From positions 227,914,001-227,978,000 of the forward strand of contig NC_086097.1 in NCBI RefSeq assembly GCF_963921235.1: 64,000 nt of DNA, written 5' to 3'. This DNA is from Mobula hypostoma (Eukaryota). The position numbers and the translations under genes are program-made. The notes under the pieces are model-generated. The model had not been told where the DNA came from. It did no database searches and saw only the letters and a list, made by a program, of their open reading frames with translations. Of the stretch, positions 51,091 through 63,125 are shown piece after piece (position 1 is the first letter of the stretch; every line of letters starts with the position of its first letter).

Positions 51091-52057
51091 TAATATACAA
51101 GTTGATCACATACGTTCGATCCCTTAGCTGATTTTCTCCTAGGAGGTGCTTCCCCAGTACTGAAACATTGGTAATACAAGGCAAATGACCTTCAGCTGAG
51201 ACAGCAGAATATCCTGGATGATAACTTCAACAGGCATTGATTCTAAAAAGCCCCACTTTTAAGTGCATCATTAGTCTATAGCTAGTTTGTCAACAGGCAA
51301 CAGAGTGAATATGTTGGGAATAGTTTTGCCAAAATCCTGAGAGAACGATATTGTTTAAGTTCCATAGGCCCTGTCATTCTCTGAAGGGAGCCCTTCCACA
51401 ATATCAGTGCTCTGCTGAAAATTACGTTTCAAGGTTGCCTTGTTGTACAACCAGCTTCTACTCCAGGCTTAAGTCTTAGCTACTTGAGTTTCAATGGAAG
51501 CTGAACAAACAGCTTCATGCCGAGTTCCTAAAATGACCTGATGGAGGAGACCAGTAACTCCATGCTTGACAGCACGGTGCAGTAAGGGGTGAGAAGTTCA
51601 AGGGGATATTAGAGGAAGGTTTTTTACTCAGAGAGTGGTTAGTGCATAGAATGCACTGCCTGAGTCAGTGGTGGAGGCAGATACACTAGTGAAATATAGG
51701 AGACTACTAGACAGGTATATGGAGGAATTTAAGGTGGGGGGTTATATGGGAGGCAGGGTTTAAGGGTCAGCACAACATTGTGGGCCAAAGGGCCTGTACT
51801 GTGCTGTACTATTCTATATACCAATTACACCATCCTTCAATTCATTACAATCATGTCAACTGTCTTTCAAAAATATTTTGTCAGTCAGTTCTCACCTCAA
51901 CAGCGCAATTCATTATTTCTCAAACATGGATTTAGTTCTATTGCAAGCATATCCATAACTGATAGCTTATCCTCACGAGAAGTTATTCTCCCAGGACAAG
52001 TCACAGTACCCAAACATGTTCTCTGCTTTTCCACGGAACACATCCCATTTTCTTCCA

Positions 52058-52455
52058 GGGTAAGAATGGTGCTGGGTGGCTGGGGGTGGAGATATGTCTC
52101 TACCAAAGGAAGAGTAAAGCGCTCCTTCCCTCCGCTAGCCTGGAGGTCACTCTTGGGCAAGATGTAGCTCCTGCTTAGCTACCACTTCCCCATCCCCTCT
52201 CTGCCCCAATCAGGGTCACATGAAGCCATGGGATTGGGTGGTGGTGGATGGTTGTATGGGCAGCTGGTAGATATCACATGTCCTGGTTATACGACCACTG
52301 ACGCGAGGCAGACAGTTTCTGAAGAGTACTAATATTGGCTGGAGTCATTCATCTTGTAAAGGCACTGCCCAGAAGAGGGCAATGGCAAACCACTTCTGCA
52401 GAAAATTTGCCAAAATAATCATGGTCATACAACCCAGCACATAATGAATGATGGT
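52058..52455 (+). mobile_element. Short retroelement with RTE-like tail
   Basis: Hairpin-rich head (ggtggagatatgtctctacc) and 3' part ggcaatggcaaaccacttctgcagaaaatttgcc, typical of RTE-related tails. Confidence 0.55.
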
Positions 52456-52588
52456 GCATAACAGCAGGCAAAAGCAATGAACGGAAGGAGCATGCTTACA
52501 ATTTTCAGCCCTCAAGGAGGAGATAGTGGTGGTCATTTTGGGAACAAGCAGCACTAAGCCTCTTTTTATAGTGATGTTGAAAAGGTTG

Positions 52589-53470
52589 TGTTACGTACCC
52601 CGTAACTGGGTTGCCAAACCAGCAGAAATGGATCACTCAGTTGGAGTCTGGATTACTAGAACTAAGAAAGTTTTATTAAAGAAACAAGCAACACAGTAAT
52701 CGAAAGGATAATAAATGCAACAGTTCAGGAATGATAAACACACATGTGCACAGAATTAAGATAACAGGATCAATCAAGCTCTATCGTTGTCTAGGGGTAA
52801 ATGACCAATTTCAAAGTGACGCAAAGTTCAGTCCGATTTAGTTCAGTTTGCAGTAATCATTGCCGTGGCGATGGACAATGTGGGGGGGAGGAGAGAGAGA
52901 ACGAGAACGAATGATCATTCAAAACGGCTTCCACACACAGACCTGCGATATTGCTCACAAGCAGCTTTCGGGCGAGTCCTTTGTGATGTCACCTGAGGTC
53001 ACCGACTGTGACCCCTCCTCCAGATGCGGTCGATCCTCTGCAGTGAACCTGGCACCCAAGCAAGGGCGGACACACACCGGGTTCCCGCTGATCGTACCTT
53101 TCCACCCTATGCGTCTAAGGCTGATCCCGCGATCAGCCGTCCAAGAGCTTCCCACCGACTTGTGAGAGGCGCACCGCTTCCAGGGTCTCGTTACCTCGGG
53201 GTGTCGTGTGTGTTGCCTTAGCGAACCTGTCCCTTTTTATCCCCCTGCTGGGGTATCGCGTGTCCATCACTTCAAACAGTTCAGGGTTCAAAGGGGGAGC
53301 CAATCTTGACAATACCCAGACTGATGGCTCCTTCATTAACATCTCCAAATGCTGCTTCATTGTGTTCCTTATCTCTCCCTCCCCTGAGGACAGGTGGCAG
53401 ACCAACTGCTGATGACACTGGTGCTAGCCCAGGCCAGCAAACATCTTAATTTATGTGTATTCTCATCACA
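52589..53470 (-). mobile_element. Solo LTR, 882 bp (Gypsy-type)
   Basis: TGTTAC...TCACA termini with a 4-bp TSD gttg (52585-52588 / 53471-53474). CpG-rich; AATAAA on the minus strand near 52672. Confidence 0.85.
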
Positions 53471-54149
53471 GTTGACAGTGAGATATCAGGATATAATTCC
53501 TCTCTCATCCCACTTCTCCCTCAGCCCTCAATCTGCAAACATCTAGCCGAAGACGGTAAGCACAAGCACTTCTTTGTTTCTCACTATTCCCCTCTTCATT
53601 TTTTTTTGTTATTTCTGTTGCCCAGGACGCGATCAACCTAATGGTGGAAAAATGGTAAGAGCAAAGTCAAGATGGAGAGACATCATGACTTTACCTCACA
53701 GTCATAGCCACCTTTGACTCTGGCAAACAAGGCGGTAGTTAAGTGTTTGAAAGATCAGAGAATAGAGGGTAATGTGGAACAGGCACAGGAGAGGAGATGA
53801 AGTATGGGGTGGAATAGCCAGGATCATAAATGGCAGTGGAGATTTGAGACATGAAGTGACACACTCCTCTACCTATGTTCTCATATTAGAGGTCAAGTTA
53901 TGGGAGGAAGCTGCAGCTTTCCAATACAGTGTTTGTGTGTTCAGAGGTGATTGGACATAGGAGGGAAGTGGGCAATAAACTGCAGGGTGACATTGCAATT
54001 TGGTTGTGCCTCAGATGTAGAGGAAGATTGTAATGGGGTAGGCTACAGATGTTTGTGTAATGCCCAAATCTAACTGGTTGGTGCAATGGTCAGAAAGTTG
54101 TCACGTTGCTGCACTTTTCCATGTTTGCCATTGACCATTGGGCCATAAT

Positions 54150-54540
54150 ACTCTAAGACATAGGAGCAAAATTAAGCCATTCGGTCTATTGAGTCTGCTC
54201 TGCCATTACATCACGGCTGACTTTTCTTCTTCTCGACACCACTTTCTTGCCTTCTCCCTGTAACCTCTAATGCCTTTACTAATCAAGAACCAATCAACTT
54301 CCGCTTTAAATATACCCAATAACTTTACCTCCATAGCTGTCTGAGGCAATAAATTCATCAGATTCACCACCCTCTGGCTAAAGAAAAACCTCCTCATCTT
54401 TGTTCCAATGAGAGGTCCTTCTGTTCTATTCTGAGACTGTGCCCTCTGGTCCCAGATTCCCTCATTACAGGAAACTTCTTTCCCACATCCACGCTGCCTT
54501 GGCCTTTCAAGATTCAGCAGGTTTCAATGAGATTTCCCCT
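54150..54540 (-). mobile_element. CR1 3' fragment
   Basis: MRRFFFSQRVVNLMNLLPQTAMEV plus CR1 3' UTR. Confidence 0.8.
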
Positions 54541-54544
54541 CACT

Positions 54545-56305
54545 TTTCCCACTCAGGCAGTGCATTCCACGCACCAACCACTCCCTGAGCAAAAAACCTT
54601 CCTCTAATATCCCCCTTGAACTTCCCACCCCTTATCTTAAAGCCATGTCCTCTTGTATTGAGCAGTGGTGCCCTGGGGAAGAGGCGCTGGCTGTCCACTC
54701 TATCTATTCCTCTTAATATCTTGTATACCTCTATCATGTCTCTTCTCATCCTCCTTCTCTCCAAAGAGTAAAGCCCGAGCTCCCTTGATCTCTGATCATA
54801 ATGCATACACTCTAAAACAGGCAGCATCCTGGTAAATCTCCTCTGTACCCTTTACAATGCTTCCACATCCTTCTTTTAGTGAGGCGACCAGAACTGGACA
54901 CAATACTCCAAGTGCGGCCTAACCTGAGTTTTCTAGAGCTGCATCATTACCCTGTGACTCTTAAACTCTATCCCTCGACTTATGAAAGTTAACACCCCAG
55001 AAGCTTTCTTAACTACCCTATCCACCTGTGAGGCAACTTTCAGGGATCTGTGGACTTGTACCCCGAGATCCCTCTGCTCCTCCATACTACCAAGTATTCT
55101 GCCATTTACATTGTACTCTGCCTTGGAATTTGTCCTTCCAAAGTATCACCTCATACTTCTCCAGTTTGAACTCCATCTGCCACTTCTCAGCCCAATTCTG
55201 CATCCTATCAATGTCTCCCTGCAATCTTCGACAATCCTCTACACTATCCACAACACCGCCAACCTTTGTGTCGTCTGCAAACTTGCCAACCCACCCTTTT
55301 ACCCCAACATCCAGGTCGTTAATAAATACCACGAAAAGTAGAGATCCCAGAACAGATCCTTGTGGGACACCACTAGTCACAACCCTCCAATCCGAATGTA
55401 CTCCCTCCACCATGACCCTTTGCTTTCTGCAGGCAAGCCAATTCTGAATCCACCTGGCCAAACTTCCCTGGATCCCATGCCTTCTGACTTTCTGAATAAG
55501 CCTACCATGTAGAACCTTTTCAAACGGCTTACTAAATCCATGTAGATCACATCTACCACAGTACCCTCATCTATATGCCTGGTCACCTCCTCAAAGAACT
55601 CTATCAGGCTTGTTAGACACGATCTGCCCTTCACAAAGCCATGCTGACTGTCCCTGATCAGACCATGATTCTCTAAATGCCCACAGATCCTATCTCTAAG
55701 AATCTTTTCCAACAGCTTTCCCATCACAGACGTAAGGCTCACTGGTCTATAATTACCCGGACTATCCCTACTACCTAAACAAGGGGACAACATTCACCTC
55801 CTTCCAATCCTCCGGTACCATTCCCGTGGACAACGATCCTGGCCAAAGGTTCAGCAATCTCTTCCCTCACCTCATGGAGCAGCCTGGGGAATATTCCATC
55901 AGGCCCTGGGGATTTATCCATACTAATGTATTTTAACAACTCCAACACCTCCTCTCCCTTAATATCAACATGCTCCAGAACATCAACCTCACTCATATTG
56001 TCCTCACCGCCATCAAGTTCCCTCTCATTGGTGAATACCGAAGATAAGTATTCATTGGGGACCTCGCTCACTTCCACAGCCTCCAGGCACATCTTCCCAC
56101 CTTTATCTCTAATCGGTCCTACCTTCACTCCTCTCATCATTTTGTTCTTCACATAATTGAAGAATGCCTTGGGGTTTTCTTTAATTTACTCACCAAGGCC
56201 TTCTCATGCCCCCTTCTTGTTCTCCTCAGCCCCTTCTTAAGCTCCTTTCTTGCTTCCCTATATTCCTCAATAGACCCATCTGATCCTTGCTTCCAAAGAC
56301 TCATA
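54545..56305 (-). mobile_element. Relatively young CR1 LINE RT region
   Basis: KSPGPDGIFPRLL, GNYRPVSLTS, QHGFVKGRSCLTSLIEFFEE, SGVPQGSVLG and KFADDTK in successive frameshifted ORFs. Confidence 0.93.
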
Positions 56306-56471
56306 TATGCTGAAGAAGGTGGAATGAACACAGAAACTGTAGCAAATTAGGAAAGGTCTCTTCCTACATTGCTCTGCAATTGATCAGTAATTCCAGAATT
56401 GGCATCTGCCAGCCTTACATCTTATCAAGGAGTGAATGTTCTTGGACTTCATGCCCCATTACCAACAAGAT

Positions 56472-58025
56472 GCGACAACATCCCTGGACGTGTGCTCAAG
56501 GAATGTGCTGATGTATTAGCAGATGTCCTGACAGACATTTTCAACATCTCCCTTAGTCAAGCTATTGTCCCCAGATGCTTCAAAACCTCCACAATCATCC
56601 CTGTAGCAAAGAAATCAGTTGTAGCCTGTCTGAATGATTACCGTCCCGTTGCCCTGACCCCCTTGGTGATGAAATGTTTTGAACGGCTTGTCAAGCCTCA
56701 TATCACAGCCAGCCTCCCCTCATCACTGGATCCTCTACAGTTTGCTTATCGTCCAAATCGCTCTACAGAGAACGCAATGTCCACCACACTGCACACAGTT
56801 CTCTCTCACTTGGACAACAAAGACACTTATGCCAGAATCCTGTACATTGATTTCAGTTCAGCGTTCAATACCATCATCCCGTGAAGACTAGTGGAGAAAC
56901 TGTCGCTGCTTGGCCTTAGTACTGCCATGTGTCGCTGGATTCTGGATTTCTTGACAGAGAGACCACAGTCAGTCCGTGTTGGCAGGAACATCTCTGACTC
57001 CATCACACTGAGCACTGGATCCCCACAAGGCTGTGTGCTTAGCCCATTGCTGTTTACACTGCTAACACATAACTGTGCAGCCAGATTCAAGGAGAACCTG
57101 ATCATTAAATTTGCAGATGATATTACAGTGGTGGGGCTCATCAGCAAAAATGATGAAACAATGTACAGGGAGGAGGTCAAACACCTAGACAGCTGGTGCA
57201 GGAATAACAACATGATGCTTAATGTCACCAAAACCAAGGAGATGATTGTCGATTTCAGACTATCTCAGCCTGAGGACACACCCCTCAGCATCAGCGGCTC
57301 CACAGTGGAGAGAGTGGAAAACATCAAGTTCCTTGGGGTGCAGATCTCGGACAATCTCACCTGGTCTAGGAACACCACTGGGATTGTGAAACGGGCCCAG
57401 CAGGGATTGCACTTTCTGAGGAAACTTAAACAAGCATCACTCCCCACTAACATCTTAACTACATTCTACAGAGGCATGGTTGAGAGTGTGCTGACCTCTT
57501 GCATCACAACCTGGTACTCCAGCTGCAGTGCTGTCGACAAAAAAGCCTTGCAGAGGGTGGTTAGGGGAGCAGAGAAGGTTATTGGGGTCTCCCTACCTTC
57601 TGTCCAAGACCTCTTTCAGAGTCGATGCCTCCAGAAGACACGGTACATCATTAAAGACCCCTCACACCCTCTCCATGAACTGTTTGTTCTTCTGCCATCA
57701 GGCAAACATTACAGGAGCATCAAAACTAAAACCACAAGGCTACTAAACAGCTTCCTCCCACAGGTAGTCAGACTGTTAAATAGCTGCTCTACCTGACTCT
57801 GCTTTTGGACACTTTTAACTTGCACTGGACACTTATAACTTGATTTTAACTGACATGTGGCTGTTGTGTTTTACTATTTATTGTTATGTTTATTATTTAG
57901 TGTTGCATTTGTTATGTTATGATTGCACTGCTCCTGAGAAACGCTGTCTCATTCTGCCCTGCAGAGCTGCTGTACGGTTAGAATGACAATAAAGTTTTTT
58001 TTTTGAATCTTGAATCTTGAATCTT
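56472..58025 (+). mobile_element. Young 5'-truncated Rex1/Babar LINE with near-intact RT
   Basis: ORFs 56399-56884 and 56891-57796 are in the same frame, separated by one TGA. Motifs [39 protein letters not shown] and KFADD. Ends in aataaa and (gaatctt)3. Confidence 0.93.
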
Positions 58026-58189
58026 TCTTGTCCTGCACCAAAGCTCTCACTGCATTACCTGAAAATGCTGATGAATTCTGTCTCACTGTTCAGTCACTGC
58101 TCAAAGTATCACAGTACTAGTTTAACTTTGAACATAAAACTCCGAACATTTGTTGCAAACATGTAAGAACAAGACAATTTACCACTCAC

Positions 58190-58765
58190 AGGTTGATAGG
58201 GTGGTTAAGAAGGTATATGATGTGTTCTCCTTCATTAGTCAGGAAATGCCATTAGGATTGCAAATGTTGCAAATCCCTGATTAGACCTCACTTGTGTTCA
58301 GTTTTGGTCACCTTCTCTATAGGAAGGATTTAGAAACTTTACAGAGGGTGCAGAGGAGATTTACCAGGATGCTGTCTGGATTAGACAGCATGTCATATGA
58401 GGGTAGGCTGAGTAAACTAAGGCTTTTCTCTTTGGAGCGAAGCAGATGACAGTTGACTTGATAGAGGTGTAAACGACAGTAAGAGGCATAGATCGAGTGC
58501 ACAGCCAGAGATGTTTTCCCAGGATAGAAATGGCTAATACGGGGATGGGGGAGTATTGCTTTAAAGTGTTTGGAGGAAAGTATAGAGAGGATGCAGAGGT
58601 AGCTTTTTTTTACAGTAGGTGTGTGGAACACATTGCCAGGGTAGTGGTAGAGGCAGATACATTAGGGACATTTAACCAACTCTTAGATAGGCACATGGAT
58701 GATAAAAATATGAAGGGCTATGTGAGAGGGAAGGGTTGGATTGATCTCAGAGTAGGTTAAAGAGG
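58190..58765 (+). mobile_element. CR1 3' fragment
   Basis: agagggtgcagaggagatttaccaggatgctg...; homologous to the reverse complement of 25362-25862. Confidence 0.75.
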
Positions 58766-59704
58766 CTAATAAAACAGATGAAAATATTCATTGATTCAGA
58801 CAGCCTTTTGGTCTGAGGAGCATGTTAGCTCTGGTTTGTCAAAATGAATGTTTTTTTTCCAGAAAAAAAACTATTTTGGTGTATTTTTCACGCAATCTGA
58901 GCAATAATTTTAAAAGTAAGCAGATGTCTTGATTCTTGGGTTGAGATTATAATACTTTAACAGCATCTGGAATTTGCAGATGTAGGTAGGTTGGATGTGT
59001 GCGTGGGAGGCCGTGTGAACCCACAAAAAAGCGACTCACATGTTTAAAATACGAGAACAAATGATGAGAAACCACTGAAATACAAACTGTCCACAAAGTG
59101 AAAACACAGCTTTGATTTTCAGAAATAGTTGGATCTGATGCATGTCTTACAAAGAGACTGTCATTTCAGTGTCATATCAACTTTCAGTACTTAACTTAAA
59201 ATGCAGATACTATATAAGCCACTAATTGAATTTTCTGTCCTTGCCATAGGCACAAGGGTATTCAGTTAAGCTCTTAGTGCAAAAGTGCATCAGGAAATGT
59301 AAGAAGAATAGGTTATATTTCCTTTTTAATCAATTTAAAATCAACAGATCCATCCAGGATACCAATGACCTAACTCATAAAAAGTTACAAGAATTCATGT
59401 ATGGATTCAAAATAACAACACCATTTAAGCAAGGACTAATAATCCTATAAACAAGAATTATTACACTAATATAATATTGCCTTTAGTAAAACTTAGTCCT
59501 CCTGCCATTTTTTCTTCCCTAGTTCATTGTTTTCAACCTATAAGAAATTTTGGGATGAGATTTTGATTTTATTGCCTGTTCCCTTTGATGATATGTGACA
59601 TTTTAAATCTATAATAGTTTTGATACAAAGGTCAACAGTATGCGTTGGGAAGCTGGAAAGTGGAGTTAAGAAGAAGGCCATGGTATAGAAGTAGATGAAC
59701 ATGG

Positions 59705-60270
59705 AAATCTGTGCATGGTATATTGGGCGACTGCATTGTCGAGCACCTTCATGCTGTCCATAACAAGCAGGATTTCCCAGTAGCCAACCATTTTAATTAT
59801 AATCCCTATTCCCATTCCGACATGTTGGAGGAGCAACATCTCATATGTCGTCTGAGTAGCCTCCAACATGACGACATGAACATTGATTTCTCTAACTTCC
59901 AGTAATTTGTCCCCCCTCCCCCTACTTTCTTCTTTCCATTCCCTTTTTTGGCTCCCTACTTACCTCTTCTTTCTCCTCTCCTGCCCATCATCTCCCCCGA
60001 TACCTCCCTCTCCTTCCCTTTCTCCCATGGTCCACTCTACTTTCCCATCAAATTCCTTCTTCTCCAGTTCTTTACCTTTTCCACCTGTCACCTCCTATCT
60101 TCTTACTTCATCCCTCCCTTCCCCACCCACATCTGTCACCATCCTGCTTGTACTCTTTCCTCTCTCCCCACCTTCTTATTCCAGCTTTTTTTTTCAGTCC
60201 TGTTGAGGGGTATCAGCCCGAAACATTCACTCTTTATTCTTTTCCAATATCTGCAGAACCTTTTGTGTTT
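59705..60270 (+). mobile_element. Penelope-like element 3' fragment: GIY-YIG endonuclease C-terminus plus terminal repeat
   Basis: LGDCIVEHLHAV...PVANHFN...HSDM..LEEQHLICRLSSLQHDDMNIDFSNFQ* fits the vertebrate PLE GIY-YIG C-terminal half. Followed by the pyrimidine-rich repeat and a degenerate hammerhead cagtcCTGTTGA-ggggtatcagccc-GAAACATT at 60195-60231. Confidence 0.8.
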
Positions 60271-61264
60271 ATGGGCTAACTGGGGCTTTTCTTGTTAAAG
60301 GAAGGTGCTTGAAAGGCATATTGAGTTCAATCCATTCTATTCTTTATAAATGCATAGGATTTCATAATTTCTGGACGGGAAAGTAGTTCAGATCATTCAG
60401 GAAACTGAGTGAAAGCCACCAGCAAAAGGAATATAATGTTTGGATGTTTATGAAGCATATTTAATCCAACTACAGTTAGTTACCCAGCATCAGGCACTAT
60501 TAGACTAAAAGTAATGGATTTATTTACAGTTATTTGGATCATTCCAATATTATTAATCACCCACAAAAACTGTTCATCAAAGGGCTTCAGAGGGGCAAAT
60601 TTACCCAATACTACTATTTTGACAATTAATTTACCATTTGATTAGTTTTTTTTAAAAACAAGAAATTGTTCTAAAAGGAGGATGCGAATGAATTTAGCGT
60701 AAGTCACTTGTGTAGAATGTGGTTAAATGGTCGTGTAAGATTGATCAGAGGTCAAGGTAAATGTAAGTACTATTCCACGTACACACTGGATCACAGAATG
60801 GGTTCAGCACCGAAGATCATTCTGTCTTTCATATCAATGTTGATTCTACCAGAGTTCTATAATTCCATCCCACCATCCCATTCTCTGTAGTTGGCAAGTT
60901 TTTCTCCTTTACTGATCCAATTGAAGGCCAATAGGAACAAGTCTCCTCTATCCGAAGATACTGTATTCCTGATTCCAACCATAATCTGTATAAAGAAAGA
61001 AAGATCCTCAGACATAGTTATTTTCTTCATTATTTTATTCCTGTGACTACCAGTCCCTTGACTCCTCCACCAAAGGGAATGGCCTCCTACTATCTGCTTG
61101 GCCCAGAACCCTCATCATCCACATCTATCAAATCCCCTTCAGCATTCTCTTCTTCAAAGAGTAGCCTCAGTTTCCTTAACCTATCAAAGTAATTGTAGTG
61201 CCTCAAACCAGGAACTGCTCTTGTATCTCTCTTCCGGACCTCCTCTAGTGCCTTCACATCCTTA

Positions 61265-61560
61265 AAGGTAAAGATTAGCTTTATTTGTCACGTACAACGA
61301 AACATACAGCGAAATGCACTGTTTGTGTCAATGACCACAACTCTTGCCATGTTTCCAGCACCAACATAGCATGCTCACATCTTACTCGCCGTAAGCAGTA
61401 ATCTCTGGAATGTGGGAGGAAACTGGAGAATCATGAGTAAACCCACACAGTCACGGAGAGAACATACAAACTCCCTACAGATAGAAGTGGGAATCGAACC
61501 CTGATCTTACAGCTAATGCTGTAAAGCATCATGTTGACCGCTACATTAGTGTACCATAAT
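61265..61560 (-). mobile_element. tRNA-derived SINE
   Basis: Minus strand tgtagcggtcaac...ggttcgattccc (box B), with core shared with the 9175 copy. Confidence 0.7.
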
Positions 61561-62221
61561 GGCTTAGCATAATTATCCTATTTTTATATTCCCTGCATCT
61601 TTTTGACACAGGCCACGGGCCTTATTAATCAATTCCTCACCCTGACCTTTTTCTTTCAATAATTTGTACAAATTTCTCTGTTTCTTACAACACTTCCAGA
61701 ACAGCATTCTTTATTCTATATTGCCTCTTCCCATTCTTCCCATTAAAATGCATCACCTCAAGGTGACCAGTCTACCTGCTTATTTATACCCTTCTGCAAG
61801 ATATCACTATTCTCTTCAATATATCGCAATCACCATACTGTCAGTTGTATTTAGAAATATTACCTTGCACACCAGTCTAGACCACTAATATAGATTTTTA
61901 AAAAGTCAAGGGATCCAACACTAATCTCTGGGAATTGCTATGACAAACCTTTCCCCAGAACAGAGAACAAGAATTCATCATAATCCTCTGTGATCTATTA
62001 CTCAGCCAATTTCATATTCATGTTACTACTCTCTGCTTTTGTCATGTGTTTCAATTTTACCTATAAGCCTTTAAGTAACACTTTATTAAAAGCAATCTGG
62101 AAGTCCATTACACTACATCAACTGCATTACCCTTATCAACTCTATCCATCACATCATCAAAAAGTTAAAGGCATAATCTACGAGCATTTGTCTGATGAAA
62201 GCAAATTTGCTCTATTCCCAA

Positions 62222-63125
62222 GATTCTTCTATAGATATATCGAGGAAAGTATATTGACAGACTGCATCACAGCCTGGTATGGGAAAATCAATGCCCTTGA
62301 ACAGAAAATCCTACAATAAGTGGTGGATATGGCCCAGTCCAACACAGGCAAAGTCACCCCCACCATTGAGCACATCTACACCGAGTGTCATTGCAGGAAA
62401 GCAGCATCCATCAGGAAGAAGGTACAGGAGCCTCAGAGTTCACATAATCAGATTCAGGAATAGTTGTTACTCCTCAACTATCAGGCTCTTAAACTAGAAG
62501 GGATAACTTCACTGCACTTCACTCGACACATCACTGAACTGTTCCCACAACCTATGGACTCACTTTCAAGGACTCTTCATCTCATGTTCTCGATAATTAT
62601 TTCTTATTTATTTATTATTATTGCTTCTCTTCTTTACTTTCTTTTTGTATTTGCACACTGGTTGTCTGCCCTGTTGGTTCAGTCTTTCTCATCAATTCTA
62701 TTACGGTTATTGGATTTATTGAGTATGCTCGCAAGAAAATGAAGCTCAAGATTATATATAAGGCATCCGTTAGTCTTGCGAGACCATGGATCTGCACCTG
62801 GAAAGTCTTCACTCTCCAGGGCGCAGGCCTGGGCAAGGTTATATGAAAGACTGGCAGTTGCCCATGCTGCAAGTCTCCCCTCTCCACGACACCAATGTTG
62901 TCCAAGGGAAAGGTATTAGGACCCATACAGCTTGACACCAGCGTCGTCACAGAGCAATGTGTGATTAAGTGCCTTGCTCAAGGACACAACACGCTGCCTC
63001 AGCTGGGGCTCAAATTCATGACCTTCAGATCGCTAGTCGAACGCCTTAACCACTTGGCCACACGCACACAAGTTGTATATAGTGACATATATATACTTCG
63101 ATAATAAACTTACATTGAACTTTGA
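62222..63125 (+). mobile_element. Rex1/Babar-like 3' fragment interrupted by a SINE
   Basis: FYRYIEESILTDCITAWYG...SGRRYRSLR...FRNSCYSSTIRLLN; tail aataaacttacattgaactttga. Confidence 0.8.
62761..63068 (-). mobile_element. tRNA-headed SINE
   Basis: Minus strand gtggccaagtggttaaggcg (box A), box-B-like gaatttgagccc, and core gtgtccttgagcaaggcacttaa. Flanks aagattatatata / aagttgtatata resemble a TSD. Confidence 0.75.

Noticed and set aside
52058..52180. HDV-like ribozyme at the head of the RTE-related short element
   Set aside because: Several hairpins are present, but I could not assemble the nested double pseudoknot or place a catalytic C.
56300..56400. Minus-strand FATVSVFIPP, resembling the AFFIP motif of the missing SERINC exon
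   Set aside because: In-frame stop immediately upstream, no FWFFK motif, and no suitable splice sites.
59040..59074. 35-nt segment with good minus-strand splice signals (tatttcag...|gtgagt)
   Set aside because: No SERINC similarity in any frame and the wrong size for the expected upstream exon; cannot be supported without transcripts.
62995..63068. tRNA gene-like sequence
   Set aside because: It is the head of a SINE, continuing into SINE core and tail, with a degenerate box B.
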